Shown here in pieces: positions 25,391-37,542 of a DNA stretch of 64,000 nucleotides. Position 1 is the stretch's first letter. Each line of letters opens with the position of its first letter. The translations under genes and the position numbers were made by a program. The DNA lies in contig NC_042997.1 in assembly GCF_006345805.1 (NCBI RefSeq), forward strand, positions 32,426,001-32,490,000, written 5' to 3'. Below the pieces are notes generated by a model. That model saw only the letters and a list, made by a program, of their open reading frames with translations. It searched no databases and had not been told where the DNA came from. Source of the stretch: Octopus sinensis. Its lineage: Eukaryota.

Positions 25391-27750
25391 CTGCTTAACC
25401 ATTCTATCAGCTCACCATCTTAGTATGTTACTAGAAAATTATCAGTAGTCATTTCGTTAGCTCAGGAAGGAAGAGCATGATTAAATACTAATACAAAAAC
25501 ATAGTTCCTCTTCTACAAATACTTGGCTCTTTCAGTGTGATAATATTAATAAAATGAGTAAAATAATAAATTGAATTAAATTAAATGGTGAGCTCGTTTA
25601 TAAAACATCGGCTTAACTCTTCTGTGTGCAGGTACAAAAGGCTTGCTGTGACTGACAGTATGATTTATGTTCTAACGGGTGTCTGGTAAGAATTTTTCAC
25701 TGCAGTGGAAGTTTCAGTTAATTATCTGTGTACAGGTATTTGCGGAGGAGAGTTCAAACATGTAAAGAGGTCACCACTGGTTGATGGGAGTAGAGTAGAG
25801 TAGGAAAGGAAGGCGTGTTTGCCAGGGTACAGTTCGACCTACATTCCTTTTAAGGGAGAAGAATAAAGAAGTTAAAAGCCCTAGATGCAAAATAAATAAA
25901 TAAAAGATAAAACTGAAAGGAAACATTTTCAAACTATAGGAAGTGTTATGTTTGTCTCTGTGTGTGAGGGGAAAAGAAAGAGAATGTGTGTGTGTATCTA
26001 TCTATCTATCTATATATATGAAGGAATACCAAAAATGGGACAAGAACGCAAAATATCCAGACAGATGACACAAAAAAGGTACAACAAAATATCCAGACAG
26101 CCGATGCAAAAAAAAACAAGGATGGGTCATTTGGAGTTTTCTTTCTTTAGTTGTGTTCCAGATTATCTTTGCAATTTCAGCTGGTTATATTTGAGATTGC
26201 TCCAATCTTGCCAACCCCCAAGAAAAAACTAAGCTAAGAGCACTAGATTCCTTGGAAGAAAGCAGTGAATGTATACGAAAACAAGGATGGAAAAAACAGA
26301 GAAATGGTTCACAAATACAAATGCAAATAAAGGACATTAACCACAGGTGTCTTTCAATTAAGGACTAATTAAATTAAGCTGGCATGTGTTAAAGTGAAGC
26401 CTTACAGCAGGGACATAACAGATGACAGGCATAGGGAGGAATATAGATGTTACAGGAATGGTAGTTGAACCAAGAAAGAAAGAAAGGTCAGGCTTGGCTG
26501 AACATCAGTCACATGAAGAGAGAAGAGAGAGAGGTAGCCGCTGAGGGATAGAAGAATTAGGGAGGGACGAGAAAAGAAAGAAAATGGACAGAGTGAAGTG
26601 AAAGAGGAGGGAAGGTGAAAATGAAGAAAAAGTCAGGAAATGTGAGAGAGGGGGAACGAAAGAAGTTTGAAGGGGCTGATGGAAAGAATGATATATATAT
26701 ATACTTACGTATAAGAGACCAAAGTGTAAATATATATGTATATGTGTGTCTATATATATAATTTCATCTTTGTATTTGGTTTGCAAGATTCTTTATATGA
26801 ATTCGTGTGTTGAAGCATATTTTAATGTGCCTGGGGAGAGTCATTCTCTTTTAGTGCCTTATTAATTTAGCACACTCACCGGTCTGATTTCCACTCATTT
26901 ACTTATTTATTTTTACCAAAAGTTTCATTGCATCTTGCAACCTTTTCAATAGTTGTTGACTCTGTTATCGGAACTACATTCCTTTTTTTTGTCTTTTTGT
27001 TTCTGCACATGCATGTGTGTTATACATATACACACACACACACACACACACATTTGGGATCTGTAGAAGTTGCTTGATTTGAATGATGGTGATGTTTTCA
27101 CTTCCGTCATCATCATCATCATTTGAATAGCTACTCCATGCTTGCATAGATAGACGAAATTGCTGAGGCAGATTTTATGTGGTCGGACGCACTTCATATC
27201 ACCAACTTTCACCTGTTTCTAAGTATGGTAATATCTTCCCTAAGCCCTTTAAATAGAAAACAGAGGATTGTAAATCCATAACACCATTTTGCATTGACTT
27301 TGTATTCAATGAATGCACAGATGTCAAGCCAATGGAATACACACACGTGCACATGATGGGGCTTCTTTTAGTTTCTATGAAGCCCACTCACAAAGCTTTG
27401 TACAACCTAGATCTGTAGTAGAAGACATTTATCCAAGCTACCACATAGTGGGACTGAACTGAAAACCATGAGCTTGGAAGTGAGCTTCTTAACCACACTG
27501 ACATGTGTCATCACTATCATCATCATCATTTCATGTCCATCCTCCATGCTGGCATGAGTTGGGTGGTTTGACAGGAACCAGTGAACCAGAAGTCTGCATT
27601 GAACTCCAGTGTCTGCTTCGGCACACAATTTCTAATTGTTGAATGCTTTTCCTAACCACTTTACAGAGTGTACTGAGTGCTTTTTTTCATGGCACTGGTA
27701 CTTGTGAGGTCACTAAGTAACTTGCAAGACAAGACCCCCCTCAACTAAGT

Positions 27751-28300
27751 ATCATCATCATCATCATCATCATTATCATCGTTTAACGTTCGCTTTCCAT
27801 GCTAGCATAGGTTGGACGATTTGACTGAGGACTGGTGAACCAGATGGCTGCACCAGGCTCCAATCTTGATCTAGCAGAGTTTCTACAGCTGGATGCCCTT
27901 CCTAATGCCAACCACTCTGAGAGTGTAGTGTGTGCTTTTACGTGCCACCGGCACAAGGGCCAGTCAGGCGGTACTGGCAATGGCCAAGCTCAAATAGTGT
28001 TTTTTACATGCAACCTGCACAGGAGCCAGTCCAACGGCACTTGCAACGCAACAGCCTTGCTCGAATGTTTTTTCACATGCCACCAGCACAAGTGCCAGTA
28101 AGGCGACGCTAGTAACAATCATGCAATAAGGCAACGCTGGTAACAGTGTAGTATTGAGGGAGGTGGCTTGGTGCTAGGTATTGAGAGGTTAAACTATGAT
28201 AGAGAGATAGGAACTGGTGTCTTACTGTAAAGGAGAACGGGGCTATCCCAGCTGAAAAGGAGAAAAGAGGTGGTGAACATGTATTCTCAAGGCACTCGGT
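27751..28300 (-). mobile_element. RTE 3'-UTR fragment (family C) with diverged repeat units
   Basis: (CAT)n tail at 27751, family C body, diverged GTGCCA units 27940-28140. Confidence 0.8.
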
Positions 28301-28982
28301 GAATATTAGAAAGAATAAAGAGAGAGGAAGAGAAAATGTGGGTGAGAGGTAAGTTCAGAAGAGTGTGAAATGGAGATGAAGGTAGATACAGTGAATGGGG
28401 CATACAAATGGAGGCACAATTAATGGTTACTGTCAGTTTGGAGTGGGAAGTGAAGGAAATAGGAGGGAATCAGGAAGGAAATTGAAATGAATCAATAGTG
28501 AACCAAGAGGCAAAAGTGGAAGTGCTAAGAGACTGTGATAGAGAGATGATGTGAAGCATAGGATAAATGATATAATTTACAGAGTAGTGCCATTAATAGA
28601 AGTGGTTAGAAGAATGGATATTAAAAGTGGAGTTACAAGGGGAAAGCTTCACAGGAACTAATTTTTGCTGGATCTTTTTAAGCACAGCACATCACCAATC
28701 ATCTTGGTCCTTTGTCATCTCCTCTGTAAGGCTTGTGATCGGATTCCACTACTTCATCCCATCTCCTCATAGGTCTCCCTCTTCCATGGGTTCCATCCAT
28801 GTTTAGAGACAGGTACTCCTTTATGCTGCTGTCCTCATCCATTTTCATTACATGACCATACTAACACAATCTTTTCTCTTTGCACACTACATATATTTAC
28901 AGGTACAGGCTCTCTCTCTTCTCTCTTGATATATATATACATGCACATACACTTATGTATGTGTGTGTGTTTACGGTTACAG

Positions 28983-29047
<65 letters not shown>

Positions 29048-29049
29048 CT

Positions 29050-29220
29050 TAAATGTAATATGTGACAATTATTTGGTAGCCATGATAAAACTATGGGTTT
29101 CGGATGCTGATTTTTCCGGTGGGCGGATAACTGAAGAGATGGATGCGTGGATTTCCACCTTGACATCTGAAACTCAGAGTTTTATCATGGCTACCAAATA
29201 ATTATCACATATTACATTTA
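29050..29220. mobile_element. 171-bp fold-back element, 57-bp inverted arms (53/57 matches)
   Basis: 29050-29106 is the reverse complement of 29164-29220 with 4 mismatches; lies within (CT)n(TA)n...(TA)n(GA)n. Confidence 0.9.
29126..29186 (+). ncRNA. Putative minimal type-I hammerhead ribozyme (Penelope-like-element type)
   Basis: Stem I GATAA(29126-30)/TTATC(29182-86); CTGAAGA 29131-37; stem II GATG/CATC with distal GTGG/CCAC hairpin; GAAA 29169-72; stem III ACTC-A-GAGT; GUU triplet ending 29181. One extra T (29168) before G12 makes the stem II register imperfect. Confidence 0.5.
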
Positions 29221-29796
29221 CTGATAAATTCCTCTAATTACATAATATCGAGGTCTCTTTCGTTCTTTTGTTGTCTTACCATTTTTATCAATATATATAT
29301 ATAGAGAGAGAGAGATGAGTGTATTTTTACCTTGTTAACAATTAACATGGAAAAAATAAATAAATAGTTACCAGGGCAATAAACACGGTTATAGAGCGAG
29401 CATACAGATGTAAGCATTGGCAAAAACATACATTTAGTGCATATAAGTAGTCTATATCATTATATATAATTTAAACTTTAATTTCCTTTATATTTAACAT
29501 TCACTATTAATATCCCTACTGTTTCTGTTAGCTACTTATGACGTTATATCATATAACGTTTTTTTAAACAATATTAATAGCGTTCTGTCTATCGCTATAC
29601 GAATCCATCATTTTTTGCTAAAATGTTTTATTGACGAGTTTCGTTTTTTTCACTTTCCTGAGGAGAAGATTGCATTGTTTATACTATTTATTCTTTTGAA
29701 TAGTATCAATGGAATTTTCGAAACATGTGTCGAAAGTAAAAATATTTGATTACACCTGCGTTAACTCCATTTTTTTATTCATATATATATATATAT

Positions 29797-30908
29797 GACG
29801 AGAATGGCTGAAGATAGTTGTGTGCAAAAGTGCTACACCCTAGCAGTTGAGGGAACCTGTGGAAGAGGTAGACCCAGGAAAACCTGGGACGAAGTGGTGA
29901 AGCACGACCTACGAACTTTAGGTCTCACCAAGGAAATGACTAGAGACCGAGACCTATGGAAGTATGCTGTGCGTGAGAAGACCCGGCAAGACTAGTCAGG
30001 CCATAACCCGTGGCCCCTACCTAGGACGTAGTCAGTCCACCTGTGCATACCTTCCTTCTTGTGACACTTGTGAAGACCTGTTGAGGCAAGTGAAAATCAA
30101 ACAAAATCAAAATAGATGAACATCAATGGAATTTGTATCTTTGTGGTACCAGTGCCGGTGGCACACAAGAATACCATCCGAACGTGGGCGTAGCCAGTAC
30201 CGCACCGACTGGCCTCCATGCTGTGGGCACGTAACAATCACCATGCAATCGTGGCCGATCGCCAGCCTAATATGGCTCCTGTGTCGGTGGCACATAAAAA
30301 AACACCATCCGAGCGTGGTCGTCTGCTAGCCTTGTCTGGCACCTGTGTCGGTGGCACATAAAAACACCATCCGAGCGTGGCCGTTCGCCAGCCTCGTCTG
30401 GCACCTGTGTCGGTGGCACATAAAAACACCATCCGAGCGTGGCTGTTCGCCAGCCTCGTCTGGCACCTGTGTCGGTGGCACATAAAAACACCATCCGAGC
30501 GTGGTCGTCTGCCAGCCTTGTCTGGCACCTGTGTCGGTGGCACATAAAAACACCATCCGAGCGTGGCCGTTCGCCAGCCTTGTCTGGCACCTGTGTCGGT
30601 GGCACATAAAAACACCATCCGAGCATGGTCGTCTGCCAGCCTTGTCTGGCACCTGTGTCGGTGGCACATAAAAACACCATCCGAGCGTGGCCATTCGCCA
30701 GCCTCGTCTGGCACCTGTGTCGGTGGCACATAAAATCACCCACTACACTCTCGGAGTGGTTGGCATTAGGAAGGGCATCCAACTGTAGAAACACTGCCAG
30801 ATCTGACTGGCCTGATGCAGCCTTCGGGCTCCCCAGACACCAGTTGAACCGTCCAACCCTTGCTAGCATGGAGAGCGGACGTTAAATGATGATGATGATG
30901 ATGATGAT
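29797..30908 (+). mobile_element. 5'-truncated RTE-clade LINE: ORF end, 3' UTR with 62-bp VNTR, (ATG)n tail
   Basis: RMAEDSCVQKCYTLAVEGTCGRGRPRKTWDEVVKHDL...* (stop 29993-95), then contiguous 3' UTR ending in the family C sequence; (TA)n on both flanks. Confidence 0.92.
30290..30735 (+). repeat. Minisatellite: about 7 near-identical 62-bp units plus about 2 diverged upstream units
   Basis: CACCATCCGAGC starts at 30303, 30365, 30427, 30489, 30551, 30613 and 30675 (period 62). Confidence 0.95.
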
Positions 30909-31247
30909 ATATATATAGGTTGACGTATATATATATATATATATATAGGTTGACGTATATATATATATATATAGGTTGACGTATATATATATATATAGGT
31001 TGACGTATATATATATATATATATAGGTTGACGTATATATATATATATATAGGTTGACGTATATATATATATATATATATGTTGACGTATATATATATAT
31101 ATATATATGTTGACGTATATATATATATATATATATGTTGACGTATATATATATATATATGTTGACGTATATATATATAATATATATGTTGACGTATATA
31201 TATATATATATATAGGTTGACGTATATATATATATATATAGGTTGAC

Positions 31248-31288
<41 letters not shown>

Positions 31289-31421
31289 TTGACGTATATA
31301 TATATATATAGGTTGACGTATATATATATATATAGGTTGACGTATATATATATATATAGGTTGACGTATATATATATATATATATATAGTTGACGTATAT
31401 ATATATGTATATAGGTTGATG

Positions 31422-31435
<14 letters not shown>
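30909..31435 (+). repeat. Higher-order array (TA)n-(G)GTTGACG, 18 intact units plus 1 degenerate
   Basis: GTTGACG cores counted from 30918 to 31389, then GGTTGATG at about 31414. Confidence 0.95.
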
Positions 31436-31453
<18 letters not shown>

Positions 31454-32146
31454 AAGAGAGAAGTGTATGTGCTTGTGCATATATATCAACTGTATCTATA
31501 ATTCAAAAGTCCAGTGCCAGACTTGTCACATGTTGGCTGTCGGCGTATGTCTGAAGAATCTGCTAAAGGGTTCATATTTGGAACAATATTCTGCTATGTA
31601 CATACACTACAACTGAATGGGTGTGTGGTTGCATCGATCAGGCAGGCGGCTGGACCACTCCTGATCGAGAAGTGTGTGGTGGACGATCCATTTTAGTCAT
31701 TCTCACATGTGTCTCTGATTTCATTCTTCATCTGCTGCTAACTCAACTAGTACCACATGATTTCATCTTTTTTTTTACTAACAGTCATTGCTGTTGACAA
31801 ATCTGTTTTTCCCTGCTACTGAATACCAATAAATGATGGCACTACTAAGAACAGGAAAAAGAATTGATTGATTTCATGGGTGGTGGTGGGGTGGTGAGGG
31901 GGTGGGGCAGTGTGTGAGAGAGAGAGGGAGGGAGGCGGAAGATTGGGAGTGTAACAGGATAAGTGATTGTGCCTTGGGAGGAGTGAAGAAGAAGAGGAGA
32001 GCAGAGGGGGGGATGATGATTAGGTGGGTGAGAAGGGTGTAGGAGCTGAGGATGGTAGTGTGTGTGTATGTGTGAGGGACAGAGATAGTAAGAGAAAGGC
32101 AAAGTGGGAAAAGAGTGAGGGAAATTTTTGAAGAGAGATGGGAGTT

Positions 32147-32193
<47 letters not shown>

Positions 32194-32229
32194 TGTGTGT
32201 GTGTGTGTGTCCGTTCACACACACACACA

Positions 32230-32260
<31 letters not shown>

Positions 32261-32863
32261 GCGCGCGTGAGAGAGAGAGACTGAAATGGGAAAACGAGAG
32301 AGAAACAGGAGAATTTTTAAATAAAAGGGGATGTCAGTTTGAGAGTAAGAGAGAGAAGAAATGAAATAAGATAGAAAGGAGTATAACAGGTTAGGATGAG
32401 TGAGTGAGTGAGAAAAATATCTTTGTTTTTGGGGGTTTTATGTATTTTGATACCAGTTGCTATTTTGTTTTTAGTTTCATTTGAAATTTGTAAGGGGATT
32501 TTCTGCTTTTCCTCATCTTTGTTTATTCTCAATTTTTACTACTACTACTACTACTACTACTACTATTGCCACTAACAACAACTGCTTGGAGCAAACTATT
32601 GAGCCTGTACACCAAAGGTGGTAAACCACTTTACCCACAGGCAAAATTTCATCCACGTTCAAATTTGAAACCACTCACTGATACAGCCTCTGAAAATCCA
32701 AACAAAAAAGTCTGTAAACCCTAGAATTAATCTAGTTTTAAATAACAGAACTATTGTATTTTTAGAATTAAAGATGCACCTCTCCAGGTTCTTATTACTC
32801 TTAAAATTTGCCTCTGGTCCTAAAAGCTACAGAAAGACTTGTAAGACAAAAACATACAGATGC

Positions 32864-32864
<1 letters not shown>

Positions 32865-32894
<30 letters not shown>

Positions 32895-33087
32895 CATGTA
32901 CAGTGCGGAAAACAGACGTTAAACGATGATAATGATACATATATATATATATACATGTACATATATATATATATATACATGTACATATATATATATATAC
33001 ATGTACATATATATATATATACATGTACATATATATATATATATATATATACATGTACATAAATATATATATATATATATACATACA

Positions 33088-33125
<38 letters not shown>

Positions 33126-33215
33126 CATATATATATATATATATATATATACATACATGTACATACATATATCTATATATATATTATATATATATATAAA
33201 TATATATATTATATA

Positions 33216-33253
<38 letters not shown>

Positions 33254-33254
33254 T

Positions 33255-33290
<36 letters not shown>
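32865..33290. repeat. (TA)n-CATG-(TA)n palindromic array containing a 31-nt RTE tail stub at 32906-32936
   Basis: CATG cores at 32895, then 32954, 32978, 33000, 33022, 33052, 33086, 33120 and 33156. Stub CGGAAAACAGACGTTAAACGATGATAATGAT matches the family C 3' end. Confidence 0.88.
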
Positions 33291-33294
<4 letters not shown>

Positions 33295-33794
33295 CCAGTA
33301 CATACACATGGAGTCACAATCCACATATTATATACATTAGCATGTCCTTGCATATACTATTTCTACACAAATGCACACATTCTTATATGTTCTGTATTCT
33401 GCGTGATAGCGGATATGCCAGCTCACCGCTTTCGCAGTGTTGTACATTAATTCATGTGTAAATGAAATTGTTAAACAAACACATATGTACTAACAATTCT
33501 GTTTCTCATCTCTTTTCTTTCTACACACACACACACACACACACACATGTGCACATACCTTAATTTATGCATAAATATATACTGGTATTTGCTTCACAAA
33601 TTTTACATTTACTTTGTTTACTGAATGAATAAACACACACACACACACATACTTAAACATCTGTGCACGTGCACACTCTGTTGTTTTAGTTTCTACATGA
33701 GTGTATGTATGTGATATATATACGTGTGCTTTTGTGTGTGTGTGCGTGTGTGTAGGATACTTAGATAAATAGATAGATAGATAGATAAAGGATA

Positions 33795-34145
33795 GAGGCG
33801 CAGGAGTGGCTGTGTGGTAAGTAGCTATAGGCGCAAGAGTGGCTGTGTGGTAGTGTCTTCTTGGGCAAGTGTCTTCTACTATAGCCTCTGGCCAACCAAA
33901 GCCTTGTGAGTGGATTTGGTAGACGGAAACTGAAAGAAGCCCATTGTATATATATGTGTGTGTGTGTGTGTGTATGTTTGTGTGTCTGTGTTTACGTCCC
34001 CATAACTTAGTGATTTGGCAAAAGAGACCGATACAATAAGTACTAGGCTTACAAAGAATAAGTCCTGGGGTCGATTTCTTTGACTAAGGGCAGTGCTCCA
34101 GCATGGCCGCTGTCAAATGACTGAAACAATTAAAAGAGTAAAAGT
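33795..34145 (+). mobile_element. SINE family A with duplicated head
   Basis: AGGCGCAGGAGTGGCTGTGTGGTA occurs twice (about 33795 and 33829) before the body. Confidence 0.85.
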
Positions 34146-34149
34146 ATTA

Positions 34150-34234
34150 GATTCTAGATAGATAGATACATGGATAGATAGATAGATAACGAAGTGGATA
34201 GATAACGAAGTAAATAGATAGATAACAAGGTAGG

Positions 34235-34269
<35 letters not shown>

Positions 34270-34392
34270 CTAGGTAGGTAGATAGATAGATAGATAGATA
34301 ACTAGGTAGGTAGATAGATAGATAGATAGATAACTAGGTAGGTAGATAGATAGATAGTATCTAGGTAGATAGATAGATAGATAGATAGGTAG
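34150..34392. repeat. (GATA)n array with recurring AACGAAGT/AACTAGGTAG interruptions
   Basis: Seen directly. Confidence 0.9.
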
Positions 34393-35204
34393 ATAAAAAA
34401 TAGATATATTGTTTACTACATGAACAAATTCATACCCAGACTCTCTCTCTCACTTTCTCTTTATGTCTCTCACAAAAACACACACTTATCTACAAATTCA
34501 TGTGCTTAACTTTTTACGTAAATGCAAGTACACATGCATATACAGTCACGTACTTTCACTCTCTGTCTTTCTCCCACATACACACAATTTGCTCATATCT
34601 CCAGTATGCTTCCATAACACGCAACTAATGTTAAGTGATTACTCAGACACACAGACACAGTCTGTGATGTTTGAGTGTGTGCGTGTTTACTGTAAGCAGT
34701 TAATTTCTTGTTTAAGGCTATCTATAACTATGCACATAGTATTCTGTACATGTGCGTGGTGTGTGTGTGTGAGAGAGTGTAGGAGGTATCTGTTCTCTAA
34801 TATATAGATATACAGATATGTATCTTGGTTTCAAAATAGGTACACCATATCCTTGCATGTTGTTGGAGATGGCTAAAGAGGTTGGCATCAGGAAGAGCAA
34901 TTTGCTATAAAACTGCCTCAAAAAGTCTTGCCCATACCATACTAATATGGAAAAGGCAGGAATAAATGCAATCATCATGTATAGGTGAAAATATGGCTGT
35001 CTAGTTATGAAGTTCACATTGTTGTGTGATGGTTTGGGGTTCAGTTCTACTGCATGGTATCCTGTGTATGTTATATACTTACAATAGCCTCAAGTTGACC
35101 AATGTCTTGTGAGTGTTATAGATAGAAGGGAAACTACAGCAAAGCCCATCACATATATAAATCATCATATATACATACACGTGTGTGTATTATTATTATT
35201 ATCA

Positions 35205-35353
35205 AGATGGTGAGCTGGCAGAATCATTAGCACACCAGGCAAAATGCTTAGCAGTATTTTGTCTGCTACTACATTCTGAGTTCAATTCTGCTGAGGTCGA
35301 CTTTGCCTTTTATCCTTTCAGAGTCGTTAAATTAAGTGCCTTCAGTAGAAAGG

Positions 35354-35385
<32 letters not shown>

Positions 35386-35995
35386 CATTATTATGGGTTT
35401 TTCTTCTTCTTTCAAATTTGCTTCCATTTCTTGCCGAGTGTCTACCCGACTCCTAGGGCAAAGAAACTCATAGTATACATTGGTAGGCCATTAAACTAAA
35501 CTCACTAGTTCGTTCATTTTTTTTTTTTTTTGATAGAAATAAAGTTAAATTAAAATACATGGGTAGTAATAGTTCTCACATCGACAATACTCTTCTCAAT
35601 ACGTGTGATGTACCAGTTAAGACAGTCTTTTATTATTATTATTATTAAGGTGGCGAGCTGGCGAAATACTTAGCATTATTTCACCCGTTGCTACGTTCTG
35701 AGTTCAAATTCTGCTCCAAAATTTCAGGCCTTTTGCCTATAGTAGAAAGGGTCATTACTATTATTATTATTTTTAAGACAGCAAGCTGGCAGAATAGTTA
35801 GCACACTAGACAATATGCTTAGCATTATTTTGCCTGTTGCTACATTCTGAGATCAAATTCCGCTGAGGTTGACTTTGCCTTTCATCCTTTTAGGGTTAGT
35901 AAAATAAGTACCAGTTGAGCACTGGGGTCGATGTAATCAATTATCCCACTCCCCCAAAATTTCAGACCTTGTGCCTGTAGTAGAAAGGATTATTA
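35205..35995 (+). mobile_element. Cluster of three head-to-tail family B tRNA-SINEs separated by (ATT)n
   Basis: Each starts GG(C/T)GAGCTGGC, has GAGTTCAAATTC and ends ...GTAGAAAGGATTATT. Further copies at about 45612-45790 and 46212-46380. Confidence 0.8.
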
Positions 35996-37310
35996 TTATT
36001 ATTTATTATTATTATTAACATCTTTTCAAGTGGTGCCCCAACATGGCCACAGTCTAATGACTAAAACAAGTAAAAGATAAAAGATCCCATAAACCTTGAG
36101 AGAACAAGGATTTTTTTTTTTTTCTGGTGAGGTGAACATTGGAACCTCAAAACGGATGATAAAGCTATGAATAAAAGCACTTAAATATTGCTTCTGATAT
36201 TTTCTGCCCAAGGGTTTCTTTAACAGAGTATTTACCCTAATATTTATAGCTTTAATATCTGCTTCAAGATCAATTGTTCCAAAATAAAACAAAAAAAGAA
36301 TTATTACTTGTTCCCTTGAGGTGTATGGGCTCTTATGTCAACAACATATAATTCTTGTTGATCAGAACAAAGCTTTTAAAATGGATTCAGAAATTCCAAG
36401 GATTACTTTGGTCCAATGGTAGAACACCTATCATGTTTACTTTAATTCCACAAGCAGCCTTTGACTTTTTCTGTGCAAGGTTTTTTTTTTTTTGTTTTAA
36501 CCCAGTATTTACATGCTATTATTTATAACCTTATCACTTTATCATCTACTTCAAGATACAGTGTTCGCAAAAAATAAAATTTGAATATTTATTAACACTG
36601 TCTGAACAAAAATCAGTGATATTGTTTACTTTCACTAACAAAAAAAAATTTTTTTAAATTAAAATTAAGTCTTCCAGGAGACATGTGCAAAATTAATGAA
36701 ATGAAAAATAACATACATAAAAAACAACTGGAGTTTGGCAACAGCATGAGCATCCAGTCATACAAAATTGCTTTAATAAGTTTTATGTATGTAACCCATA
36801 CTACGCCAAAGAATTTTCTGTCTCTGAAGAAGAAGCTTTAATTTGGGGATGAAATTTGCATAATGTTATGTATCTGAAGTTGATGAAAAATTGTTTAAGA
36901 TTACAAGATCTAATATTGTCGCAGCTTTAATTTTTTTTCTTGTGTGTTGCTAATTCAGAAGGGGAATGTTATAGAAATCTGTTTCTGAAATGTTTAGTGA
37001 TTTTGTCAATTTGTTGTTGAAAGAGATTAGATCATCATGTTCCCATTTACGGATGTTTTTGAAGGGGCCCATTCGTGGAAGCTTTGAAAGTGAGGCATGA
37101 CTACTTGTCAAGATTGCATGTAAATGATGCTATATGTGCAGGGTTAAGGAAGCGTGAAGTGTAGCATCATCAGCAAATGAATGTTTATGATTAGAAAACT
37201 GCAAAAAGATTAACATACAGAAGAAAGAAAGTACGGCATGAAACTGAATTTTGGCAAATAGAAATCATATTGGGGCTAAAACAATTGCCCATTGCTAGAG
37301 TTATTGTCAG

Positions 37311-37542
37311 AAAGGCAGTGAGCTGGCAGGAACATTAGCGCACTGAGCGAAATGCTGAGCGGTATTTTGTCTACCGCTACACTCTGAGTTCAAATTCCGC
37401 CGAGATCGATTTTGCCTTTCATCCTTTCGGGGTCAATTAAATATCAATTACGCACTGGGGTCGATACAATCGACTTAATGCGTTTGTCTGTCCTTGTTTG
37501 TCCCTTCTGTGTTTAGCCCCTTGTGGGTAGTTAAAAAATAGG
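37311..37542 (+). mobile_element. Young family B SINE with 15-bp target-site duplication
   Basis: TAGAGTTATTGTCAG at 37296-37310 and 37543-37557; B-box GAGTTCAAATTCC; GCCTTTCATCCTTTCGGGGTC central block; same tail subtype as 61310-61525. Confidence 0.92.

Noticed and set aside
25632-25685. Possible 54-nt cassette exon (TGCAG|...CTG|GTAAGA) that would add an in-frame TGA
   Set aside because: Such site pairs are expected by chance in 57 kb, and the SH2 alignment needs no extra exon. Only junction reads could rescue it. The same applies to a 35-nt candidate at 12883-12917.
30238-30869. Three overlapping long minus-strand ORFs (137-200 aa) with 62-aa periodicity
   Set aside because: By-product of a stop-poor 62-bp unit: three units cycle through all frames. 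There is no domain signature and it lies antisense in a LINE 3' UTR.
30290-31435. CRISPR-like appearance of the 62-bp array and the GGTTGACG/(TA)n array
   Set aside because: No unique spacers, no cas genes, and a eukaryotic intron context.
31636-31670. 9-bp hairpin TCGATCAGG/CCTGATCGA; similar small hairpins at about 33400-33437 and 38870-38908
   Set aside because: Short stems of this size are expected by chance in 64 kb, and no Helitron end or RNA-family motif accompanies them.
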